The notes beneath the pieces are model-generated. The model ran no database searches and was not told where the DNA came from. It saw only the letters and a program-made list of their open reading frames with translations. Shown in pieces: positions 1-10,269 of a stretch of DNA of 64,000 bases; positions within the stretch are counted from its first letter, which is position 1; every line of letters starts with the position of its first letter. The position numbers and the translations under genes were made by a program. This DNA is from Balanoglossus misakiensis (taxonomy: Eukaryota; Animalia; Hemichordata). Location of the stretch: assembly GCA_040954595.2 (NCBI GenBank), contig CM082594.2, positions 8,377,573-8,441,572 on the forward strand. The letters run 5' to 3'.

Positions 1-17
1 TATTTCTAGGTACTTAC

Positions 18-104
18 CCATATACCAGTTTGACTGTATATGCAACGACACAAAGTGTTACAACGAAAAGTCTTCCTCAACTGACGGTTTATGATGCATG
101 CCAT
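18..104 (-). CDS. Probable first coding exon of an unidentified gene running off the left end of the window; the peptide resembles a mitochondrial presequence
   Basis: The minus-strand exon 129..18 is bounded by acceptor tttgtag and donor GTAAGTA. The ATG at 104 has an in-frame TGA upstream and reads MACIINRQLRKTFRCNTLCRCIYSQTGIW (29 codons, phase 0), which is Arg-rich with no acidic residues. A putative non-coding exon 1 ends at 586 (donor GTAAAG). Confidence 0.5.
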
Positions 105-222
105 AATTGCAGATAAGTTCCTGGCTCACCTACAAATTTTAATTAATTTTTGTTCAATTAATGGACTTTCAGAAGCAACAGCAACAACAGTGACCATGAT
201 GATGACCGTTACGAAAATGAAG

Positions 223-308
<86 letters not shown>

Positions 309-338
309 GTTGTTGCTGGTGGTGGTAGTGGTGGTGGA

Positions 339-406
<68 letters not shown>
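223..406. repeat. Compound inverted trinucleotide microsatellite: (ATC)~28, a (GTT/GGT) spacer, then (GAT)~22
   Basis: Directly visible: ATC run 223..308 and GAT run 339..406. It generates the poly-I/M/H/D ORFs at 91..594. Confidence 0.97.
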
Positions 407-407
<1 letters not shown>

Positions 408-665
408 TGAGTACTCCTATATCAAGTACATCACATGTAGTAACATGCCGGTTAAGATATTTGACCCCGCCCCCTATCCCCCCCCCCCCCCCGATCAACG
501 TACGTACGTTGAATGTAAAGAAATAGTCGTTGTTTTCACATTTAAATTACTTGATCACTTCGTAGAAAACAATCTGTTACTTTACCAACTTTGAAAGATT
601 CGAACTATAGCGACGATCGCTTCCTGACACCGATCATCATGTCACGATCACGCTGAAAACAATGT

Positions 666-919
666 AGGCCGCCATATTTGACTGTTTATGTTTGAAACAC
701 AATAACTTAGGGGGCCTTACTGATTGACGAAGTTGGTTTTAGACGAAGGTTAGTTTCAAAACTTTTAAATTTATCTGCTTTTTAAAAAGGGATAAACTTG
801 AGCTATAAACACTCGTTTCATTCTTCTGTTAGTATAGTTGGAGCAAATTATTCACGTAGAAAACGTATTACCCATCATGCCTTTCGATCACCCTTTCAGC
901 GACGGCCATTTTGAGAGAG
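666..919. promoter_or_regulatory. Bidirectional promoter and non-coding exon 1 of RPL13 (TCT/5'TOP initiator, Staf/ZNF143-like site, YY1-like sites)
   Basis: The pyrimidine initiator CCCTTTC (891..897) is followed by GGCCATTTTG (904..913, YY1-like) and the donor gag|GTAATC at 919/920. TTACCCATCATGCCTTTCG (868..886) matches the Staf/ZNF143 consensus YYWCCCRNMATSCMYYRCR at 18/19 positions. A second YY1-like GCCGCCATATT lies at ~668..678. Confidence 0.65.
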
Positions 920-1393
920 GTAATCAGTCGTTACAATATTTAACGAAATCGGTGAAATTTAAGTCCATCCTTGAGATATTTACTGTCTCGACAACAGAAT
1001 AAACAAGAATTGTACATTGTCTTTCCAATTGGTCGTATTATTGTTTATATTTTACCCAGGAAGTTAAGAATATTTGCGAAGATACACGTACTATTACGAT
1101 GGCTGATATGAACATCGTATTCCATCTGAATACACTAGCCTGAACACCGCGTAATAGCACGTGTTGTTCTGTCTGTCATGCATTCGCGGATTCAAATTCA
1201 TTATAAGAAATGCTAAGTATGGATATCGTAAAATGCTAGAATCCGTTTTGATTTGTCCATGTATCGATCAACATGTTATAAATAGCACTTCAAAACATGC
1301 GACAGACTGCCGATTGCTATTTGCCTTACCATGCGCTAGGATAGGATAGGACAGAATTCAATAACATCATTTGTGATGTGAAACATGCCATAA

Positions 1394-1581
1394 GATGTGG
1401 ACGTAACCTCTCTTGTCTAGCTGCTTTAAGGAAAGGAAATTGGTTACTAAGTCCACATACAAGGAGAGAAAGTTATTTCTGATGGCCATAAACATTACTG
1501 GTGTTGGCTGCATACAGGAATGCTAGTCCCCTCTCCTATACATACACCTTGACACAGTATCAGTGATTTTTCTGCTACATA
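1394..1581 (+). ncRNA. Candidate intronic box H/ACA snoRNA in RPL13 intron 1
   Basis: Hairpin 1 (ATGTGGAC..GTAACC / GGTTAC..GTCCACAT) is followed by an H-box-like AGAGAA, then hairpin 2 with a 13-bp stem ATTACTGGTGTTG/CAGTATCAGTGAT containing 4 G-U pairs, then ACAtat. Ribosomal protein introns are classic snoRNA hosts. No target was identified. Confidence 0.35.
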
Positions 1582-1617
1582 TGTAAACAAGATTTTATTG
1601 TTGTGTTTTTCAGCATC

Positions 1618-3095
1618 ATGGCCAAGTTCCGTAACAACGTCATCCCCAATGCCCATTTCCATAAGGACTGGCAAAGGAGGGTGAAAACATGGTTCAACCA
1701 ACCGATGAGAAAGGTTCGCCGTAGGAATAACCGTATTAAGAAAGCACGAAAGATTGCACCTCGACCAGTCGGCGGTCCACTTCGCCCCATCGTTAGGTGT
1801 CAAACTTTTAAATACCACACGAAAACCAGAACTGGACGTGGCTTCTCATTGGAGGAATTGAAGGTTAGTAACGTTTGTATGTATGTTCAGCTGAAACAAC
1901 CACGAAATCCTTCACATATGTACTCAATTTTTTGCCAAAAGCATGTTTTAAAGTGTAATTTCTCATTGGGTTAAATTTCCAGGCTGCAGGGATCTACAAG
2001 AAATATGCGCCAACAATCGGCATCTCAGTGGATCACAGGAGGAGAAATAAATCAACAGAGTCTCTTCAAGCCAACGTACAAAGACTGAAGGAATATCGTT
2101 CCAAATTGATTCTGTTCCCCAAGAAGGCAAGCCAGCCCAGAAAGGAAGACAGCAAGGTTGGTCAAACTCTCTTTTACAACCCGTGTGTGCTTCTGTCCGA
2201 GATGCCTGTGATATTGAATCACAGGCTCTCCTGATGGTGTGTGCAATGTTAGTCAAAAATGACTCTGGCAATGTTCCTGTAATACAGGAACTTTGATCAG
2301 TGTATTGTAATGTGTATTTAGTACGGCCAGCATGTTGTCAGCAGTCTTTAATTTAGCTCGCAAGCGCTTTTTTGCCGGGTGCGGGCATTTTCACCGACAC
2401 ACAAGAGGAGAGAATAGTTTGAGAAGTCAGTCGGCGTTTATCGTTAGTGCACAGCTATTACGTGATCACTTCAGGAAATACAATTCTCGCGTCACGCTTT
2501 TCACGCGACAGAGAGCCAAATATGTTTTCGTAGCTTCGCCCGAAGTAACTTTTTTGAGGTTTTTCGGCTGTAAAGAGAAGTATTTTAAGGTAATTAGTAT
2601 TTTAAAACTTAGTTTATATGATTAAACTTATACAGGCCATTTTTCTCTGAAAATACACACACACTGTAGCTTTAAAGAAATGGTGGTACATGTACTAAAC
2701 ATTTGATCTTCAGAAGCTGAACTTGCACTTGGCCACAAAAGGCAAAGTACCACCACTTTTTGGATTTATTATTCAAAGAGCAAATACCAGCCATAGGAAA
2801 GAAAAGCAAAGTGCTCCCAATGAAGGTTTGAGTTCGAGTACCGAAATTGTAATATTGTCTTCTTTGATGCTTCCAGGAGGAGGAACTGAAGATGGCCACA
2901 CAGCTGTCGGGTCCAGTCATGCCAATCCAGAAGGTGCACAAGAAAGAAAAAGCTCGTGCCATCTCGGACGAAGAGAAGAAACACAGCGTGTTCCAGGCAC
3001 TCCGCATGGCTCGTGCCAATGCCAGGCTATGTGGCATCAGAGCCAAGCGAGCCAAGGAAGCGGCAGAAGCAGCCGCTATGACCAAGAAGAAATAA
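1618..3095 (+). CDS. RPL13: 60S ribosomal protein L13 (eL13), 212 aa
   Basis: Coding exons are 1618..1863, 1983..2156 and 2877..3095 (639 nt), all with GT-AG introns. The translation [29 protein letters not shown]...[14 protein letters not shown]...[30 protein letters not shown].../...[23 protein letters not shown] is unmistakably eL13. AATAAA lies at 3119..3124. Confidence 0.98.
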
Positions 3096-3571
3096 ATCGA
3101 ACCGAACCATCATGTACAAATAAACGAGATCTGTTCAGCAGTCGTTTTCCACTGAATTTAGCTTGTCTGTATCATTACTTGAGTGTGTGTGTGTGTGTTG
3201 TGTGAAGTCGTACATGTCACTTCGTTTCCAGTTGCGAGGTCATTCAGTTAGTTGCCAATCACTGTTTGGCTAGAATACCATCTCTCAACGTGGACGTTTG
3301 TTGCACATAATTTACCTGTCCGGTCACAGAGGGCGTACTCCAAAATTTGATTAGGGCGATGTTTGTTTAAGGGTCCACTTGGGTGAGGGGGTTTTCAAGT
3401 TGGCAAGAATACAAATGGACGAATGTAAGGTTTTATACATGTTTTAATAATTTATTTTAAAATGAAGCATGATAAACAGCAGCATTGCGGGATAATCTTA
3501 CAAGAACACAAAGATTCGCGCGTTCCTTGTTCGAGAAAACCCAAAGTTTCACAGCTGCTTTTTTTGCCATT

Positions 3572-5024
3572 TTAATCCACTTTCTTGCTGACGTCCGCTT
3601 TTGACGTTGGCGTCATCGCCCAGGCGAGAGCCACGGCCAAGAAGGGAGCAAACCAGTACACCATAAGATGGTCAAAGAGAGGGTGATTCTCACAGTTGTA
3701 TGTCAGGGCTGTGGCCAGAGCAGGGTTGAACATCATTCCAGTCCATTCCAAACCTGTTGGAAAAATACGTGAGAAACGATTTTAATACTACAGCAATTTC
3801 TAAGACCATAACCGTGACCACTAGCATTTCTTTCTCCAGTCACCTCGGGGACAAAGGCTCCTTTCTCAGCTTCAAAGACTCTACTGTTTTGTCTGTTGTA
3901 CCTGCTTCCTGTCAATTAAAGACACACATTCCGGGAGCATTTCGAAGGCAATCTAAAACTCGGTACTTTCCGAGACTTCCGCGCAGGTAATTAGAGCTGC
4001 GGGGAATTTTGGAAATGCTGGCCTTGACATTGATGAGCGCAAACTCGTGTGTACCTGTCCATCAAATAATTATCCTAGTGCAGTAGGATATGATGCAAAC
4101 CATCTATTCAACTTTGACCCGTTGGTCAACCAATGGTGGTCTACTCATAATTGGTCTGCTGAGCCAATAAACGCCATTCTTGTGGGAGGCAAGCTATGAC
4201 CATGGAGGTAACATGGTGGTAGGTCCACGCTATGACCAACTGAAGTGGTCATTCTCTTGATTAATAATATTCTTTTGTTTGGCAAAATCAGCAAAAAATG
4301 GGACATTCCCTGTACCGTGTATATCATGGAGGTACTAGTACCTCCATGGTGTATATGTACTAATTTGTTCAGCCATTTTATAACAGAGTAAGGTCACTGA
4401 CCGCTCGGTTACATAATAAACTCACTCACCAATGACAATAATGGTGACGGACACTAATGACTCCACATACATGGCGTATCTATCACCGCCAACGTGGACG
4501 TGGATGACCAGTGTGCTAATTAAGGTGGCCAGCATCTCGGCCAACATTCCAGGCACCATGGAAACCTTTAAGGCGGACTGGCATGGCAATGACAGGAGTT
4601 CTGACTTTGCCAAGTGGGTCTCTGACATCGCCAGTTTCCAAAAGACCTTGACGTAGGTCGGGGCGATAAGACCACCCAACAGTTGAGCGGCGATTTTAAT
4701 ATGCCCCCGTATAATGCCCGTACGACGTGCCAACATGTCTTCCCATACGTTGCATACGCATCCCGACCCGTCAAAGGTCAGGGAAAAAGAGACGAATAAG
4801 CAAAAGAGGTAAAAGGCGTATCCGATAATCCCATACGCGTCCAGGATGATGTCTCCTTCCAAGATTCCAGCCACCATCTGGAAAGTTGACAACAGCTCGG
4901 CAGCATATACGTGGTAGCGCAGCGGAAGGAACTTTCTGTACACAGCACGGAGGACATATACCAGAAGTGTCGTTACAGCCACGAAAACCACACAGGCAGG
5001 GCAAGTTGGGAGAACCAACATCAT
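3572..5024 (-). CDS. AQP11: Unorthodox (super)aquaporin, AQP11/AQP12-like, 258 aa
   Basis: Exons are 5024..4430 and 3753..3572 (phase-1 intron, 777 nt). There are multiple hydrophobic segments with AELLSTFQ and AEMLAT motifs. Exon 2 reads GLEWTGMMFNPALATALTYNCENHPLFDHLMVYWFAP...SKKVD*, carrying the NPAxxxxxxxxC signature of AQP11/12. A minus-strand AATAAA lies at 3456..3451. AQP11 versus AQP12 cannot be resolved (probably a pro-orthologue). Confidence 0.9.
4317..4356. mobile_element. DNA-transposon footprint: 24-bp perfect palindrome with an 8-bp target-site duplication (P-element-like)
   Basis: GTGTATAT (4317..4324) + CATGGAGGTACTAGTACCTCCATG (4325..4348) + GTGTATAT (4349..4356), inside the aquaporin intron. 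Confidence 0.7.
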
Positions 5025-7394
5025 GGAATGTTGCTAGGCCAAATCTCCACGAGAAAAGTCCGTGTAACTCCAAAAACTGCTCGTATATTAACTGTCGATT
5101 GTTATCGGCGTTGTCAATGTGTGCCCTGGACAGCAAGGGTGTTGTGACAATGCTGCATTCTAGTGCCATAAATAATGGTACCAGCTATTGTATTAAAAGT
5201 ATACGTATGCAAAACACACGGGATGACGAACGTACGAAGGCTATTTTTACATTCCTTTACCAGGGTGGGGTGTTGTATTACAGGGTCATCAGATGAGCTA
5301 CCAGGCTTGATGAGCTCCTGTACTCTATGGCAGTCGCTGTGCCTGTCGTTGAGGAATGGAACTTTCGTCCTTCCTACGATTAGCGTCCCCTCCACAGGAC
5401 GTTCCATACGTAACCACGGTAACGCGGACGCGCATTTCAGTATCATCAGTCTCGGAGCAAGACTAGATGAGAGCTCCTGTATATCGCTGAGCCTTTACGG
5501 CGACATACAAAGTTAGTTAGGCCTAAATATCAGATCTTTCAAAAATTAACGTGTTTCTTCATTTTGGCTCAATAGTTTAAACTATTATTTTTCGTGGATG
5601 TTTGGTAGAATGGAGGATTCGCCCCCCCCCCTCACTTGGTAGCGCAACTGTCCCGACTTCTTGTGGAAATTCGGGTGGTGGCTTCAAACCAATTTGAGGG
5701 GAAATGGCCAGGGGAAGGTGTGGGGGTGATCGTATTTTTTTCCAACAGTAACAGTGGTACACATTTTTACGTGGCAACGCCCTCATCGGACAGGTAGCCG
5801 CTCTCCGCGTTACTGTGGCCAATTTGCATAGGTGACCGTTTACCTCGGGCTTTAAAATCTTAGATGAATGTATTTTTTCATGCTTCTATGAATGGTCCTA
5901 GGTGCCCACATCTTTTTACTTTTTTTCGGTACATGTATCTTTTCCCCGCTTTCCCTCCTTCCCAATGCATGTAATTCGGTATGCTTTAAAATTAGGATGA
6001 AGTCCGCCAATGGTGGAAAGGTAGATCACAGACAACCTCTTCGCGCTCTGTTTGTAACACACAGACTGAAACAAAGATGTAGGCTTCCCAGGGCAGCATT
6101 GTCAAGGATTTCCACTTCGTTCTTTCTGGTTATTTGCCGTCTATGTAAAAAATGTGGGACGTGTAGAATGTTGGTAGTCTTTCTCTCGCCTCAAGATGAT
6201 CCATAGAAAGTTCACAATCGTAAACAAATGTGCCCCGTAAGGAGTTTCATATTAAATGCATATTGTTTTCTATTTTACCACCATAATTTGGTTCAAATCT
6301 ATTTTTTGGCTATGGTAAAGTTCGCCGCCAACTTTCACTTTTCTCCATTTTTGTAGTACTGGTATTACAACATGCAGTTCGAATTGTGGGGCAAAACTTG
6401 TAAACTTCTTACACCTCTTTCAGTTTATTCCGGAAACGCAACGGAATACGCCGGTGTAGTTGCGTTCTTTTTTGTAACCAGAGGAGTGACAAAGTACAAA
6501 AGTCCGGCGGCCGGTTGGGTTTGTATTTCCAAGTGCATGTATGCAACAAAGAACAGACATCTGTTGTGTGCATAAGAACATATGTGACAAGCAATTAAGT
6601 TAACAGTGTGCATGGCATTGGCTAATTACATTCAAATGGTTATTTCAAGTTACTGGTGGAGAAATTGTGGTGAGAAATTTGTTATTGTTCAAAATCCGAT
6701 GAACAAGGTTTAGTTTCTTGTGGGTTACCTTGGTCTGTTCCCGCTTCATCCCCAAACCTCTGTGCGTGTGTGGTCTGATGTTAAGTGTGGTGCCAAACTT
6801 TGTACGAATCGTGAATACTTCGTGGACTGTCAAAAAAAGACGGTGTTGAAATTACGTAAATTAACTGTTTATCAAATGAAATTGAATCGATGGTTGGAAA
6901 CTGACAAAAATCCACGCGAAAAAATTCTCCCATCCGATTTTTTGATGGATTTTTTGATGGATAGTGAGGGTGTCGGTCTATAGTAAGTGCAGTCGTGTGG
7001 ATTTGTGAGTCGACGTTATTGTGAAATGGTGACGGGGCGGTCATTGCCGGTGTTCAAATTACTTGTCAGTGAATGTGTAAAGTTAATTTACACACAAAAA
7101 GCGTAGTTTACAACTTCAAAGGTCAACACAAGCATGATTGATAAGTTTAATACTGTAGTTTCGTGTTCAAATTCTTGAAGCATGGTGAAATGCCCAGCAG
7201 TTTGCTTATCAATACAACATATATGTATATAGTCAACCTTGCTAAAAGTTACAGCTAATGTCCCTTTAAATACTTCAGCGTAAAAAAAATTAATTTTACG
7301 GATAAATTAATCTAAACGAGGTTTAACTGCAGGGATCTTATTGCGTTTGACCTATATTTTTGGCATCCTAGAACTTTTCACTCTGTGAGATGTG

Positions 7395-7600
7395 AGATCA
7401 TACAACTTCTTCCAAGTTTCACCCGTAAAGATTCTCGGTCTTTGGAAGCTGCTTCGTGTTGTTTTCTCCATTTTGTGAAGTCCAAGCTTTCCTTCAAATC
7501 GTCCACCTCTCAGCATGTTTGGGTTTCACTTTTTGTCGTCTGCAGCAGATTGATCTTGTTGTTCAATAATTTTGTGTCGTATTGAAAATAAATCTTTCTT
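7395..7600 (-). mobile_element. Possible decayed LINE ORF1-like coiled-coil fragment
   Basis: The minus-strand reading KLLNNKINLLQTTKSETQTC*EVDDLKESLDFTK resembles the EV..LK.SL.FT coiled-coil segment of invertebrate LINE ORF1 proteins and is interrupted by a stop. This is resemblance by eye only. Confidence 0.25.
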
Positions 7601-10163
7601 GATATTGTTTTCATTTCTCCTAATGGTGCCGATGTTATTTCTGGGTGATTTTTTTTTCTCAAAATGTGTGATTTTAAAACTTTGCTATGACCGAAGTAGT
7701 CACAGACTTTTTGGACAACCACACTGTCGACGAGGTTCTTCAACAAAGGGCCTGTGTTCAAACGGCCACCGCAAAGAAGTATAGACGCGCGCTTAACCTA
7801 TCCATGGTAGAGGAACAATGGACAAATTAAAACATTCCAGGACAAGTTACGGTCACTGAACAGCCATTTCATCGTCTGCATATTCCACAAGAGAGGGGAT
7901 TAAATTGGCACGGCCAAGGACTCTCCAAGAAAGACTCGGACTCCCTCCTTCTCGCGTGACTTGGAATTTCCACTAGAAAGGGGGGAGGGGGAGAGAGAGT
8001 GGTTTGTGAGATGAAAAGATCCAGACCACACAAACATGATACTCCGGTTGCAGGTGCCCAAGAAAGTCTCAAGTGGTTCGGCCACAAAAGCACTAGACGT
8101 CCGAAAACCCTCAATTACTACCATCGGGTTTCAGAACCTGAGAGCAATCCTTCCGCCCCACTCTTAGGCTGTCTCCGCTTCTCTCTTTTCTTGTTCTCTT
8201 TCATGTAACTAGGGTTAACATCACCATTTTGTTCATTATGAGCAGATCTATTAGGTTTTGCTCTGGCGAAATAGGTGTTCTTAGCCTAGGGAGATTTCAG
8301 TTGTTACGTGGGGTGGGCTTGGGGCACACTTTACACGATGGACCGTCCCACTGGCATTTCCCCCGGCCCACTCCCCAAAACATTCCTGTAAATCCTCTAA
8401 TGTACACAGCATGGATCTAATCGAACAGGTTTTACCAAATCAATCGAATTTATTCGATATACCAATATCCCAATTTCCTTGTCGATGCTGACAATCGATA
8501 TTTTGGCCTTGGTACAGTGGAAACGAAGGCAATTCACGCACACCTGTGACAATTGGGAGTAGGGGGGAGGCATCTATCAATATCGCGACAAGTGTTCGCA
8601 ATCTCCGAATCACTCGACCAGGATCAGGACACCATCTCAGCAGAGAGAGTGTGTGTTCTACCATTGCGATGAATTGAACCGTATCCAAACCACTTTACAC
8701 AAGTGTGGACATCCCCCAGTCCCATTAGAGTCCCAAGAGCTGTCGCTTCTTTTGCATTATTTTCATGATTTTACTCGTCAATATAAATTAGTCTATCTAT
8801 ATAAGCTAACTAATAGGTATACTGGACATCTTATCGACGCCCGATGGTGGCTGTGTGTTGCGATTGAACAAGTGGTATATTAAACGGGTGCCGCACCCAT
8901 TTAATCGGCCTCCATACAAAGAGTACATAACTATCGTGGTTTACGTCGCACAGAGATGAACAACTGATGCAAAATGTCGTTTTTTTTCTCTGACGGGGTA
9001 TACATGGTGACTTGCACCATCTTGGTATTTTTCAGCAAAAATATCCAACAATTCGTGTTATTTGCATTTGGCCACAATTTCCAACTCGCCTGATATAAAG
9101 CAACCTCATGGCATCTTCTATGAAACGCAACAAAGCAAATACTTTAATTCCAATCTCATTGAAATGTTGCAGGACGAACTTCCTGTTTCCATGCGAAAAG
9201 TAGCAAAGCCAGGCACTGTGTCTTGGCGATGAGTGATAAAAAATACCTCATCTCCAAACGACAAGGCGACTACCCCATCGTTGCGTGCTCTGACGAGCGA
9301 TTTCTCTCTAGACGCACGAGTAAAAGACAGACCTCTGTAAAGTCTACTTATCAATATCTTTGACTTTCTAGAAGCACAGATAATCGAATTTATAACACAA
9401 CCATTCCTTAAAATATGAAATATTAAATATGAAGCGATGGATTCTTATAATATCACTTGTTATGCCAAATACATGGATAAACTCAGAAGCTATGGCCCTT
9501 TTTTAAAATTGGGTCAGACAGTAGCTAGGTGACCGAGTCCCCCCAGACGAGACGTGGCATTTAGCCCCTTTGGTGTGACTTTGTAGGTACAGACATATGT
9601 GTAGTTTGTAAAGGCTCGTTATGTTACGTCTTGCTTCAATCATCACCGGGCTCATTTCACCCGTCTGATACGCCCGACTGCGGCCGATCAAATACCGTGC
9701 ACTCCTTAATTTCGACGGATTTTTGGACGAGACTGCTGGTCCTGCGGTTCAATGCAGAATAACATACGAGCCGGTCATGGGATATTTTAATGGAATTCCT
9801 TGCTCGCTGTTTGTAACAATAGCCGTAAAATGTTCATTTTGCTAACCTCTAAGGCCAGCAGAAAGTGGAAAAATTCTGGCCATCAAAAGCAGAAGGGAAA
9901 ATATTTCGCGTCAAGATAATTGCCCATGATGCGTAAAAGATAAGCCTATTGGAATATAAAAAACTCTTTGTGGTCCTTTCATTTTATGGCAGAGTCGATC
10001 TGCGTCCGATTTGTGTTAAATGTTTAGAACATACCTAGGGTAAATAATAACTATAGTTTGGGAATTAGCGTTTAACAAGTACAAGAAAGTACATGCAATT
10101 ACCGAACACTGAAAGGTCAGATCAAATGACTTTCTGAGGTTTCGTCTGTCCCCCCGACTCGGC

Positions 10164-10269
10164 TATAAATTGGGGGACAGCTCCAGCAGTCCGTCAGGTT
10201 CTCCTTGGCTTCGTTCCAGTCCGACCCAACCGAGCGAATATACCTGGATCGTCTCCAACTGTTCGAAAG
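10164..10269 (+). promoter_or_regulatory. Putative TATA promoter and non-coding first exon of the collagen-resistin gene
   Basis: TATAAAT at 10164..10170, an Inr-like TCAGGT about 30 nt downstream, and a strong donor AAG|GTAAGA at 10269/10270. The ATG-containing exon has its own acceptor (ttttttacttgcag, ending at 10683), which implies an upstream UTR exon. Confidence 0.55.

Noticed and set aside
91-594. ORFs with poly-Ile/Met/His/Asp tracts (91..594, 126..308, 169..498)
   Set aside because: They are translations of the (ATC)n/(GAT)n microsatellite, not genes.
1388-1581. Intronic RNA considered as U17/snR30 or SNORD68
   Set aside because: There are no AUAUUCCUA/AAACCAU motifs, no canonical RUGAUGA box C and no long rRNA antisense element.
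2681-2755. Three-way junction considered as a hammerhead ribozyme or U5-loop guide RNA
   Set aside because: It lacks the CUGANGA and GAAA core. The AAAAGGCAAAG similarity to a U5 antisense element is imperfect and has no C/D boxes.
2672-3205. 137-aa and 160-aa ORFs overlapping the last RPL13 exon
   Set aside because: They are antisense or alternative-frame shadows of the real exon.
5114-5516. Overlapping 110-136 aa ORFs upstream of the aquaporin
   Set aside because: No recognisable domain. The region is more likely aquaporin 5' UTR or promoter sequence.
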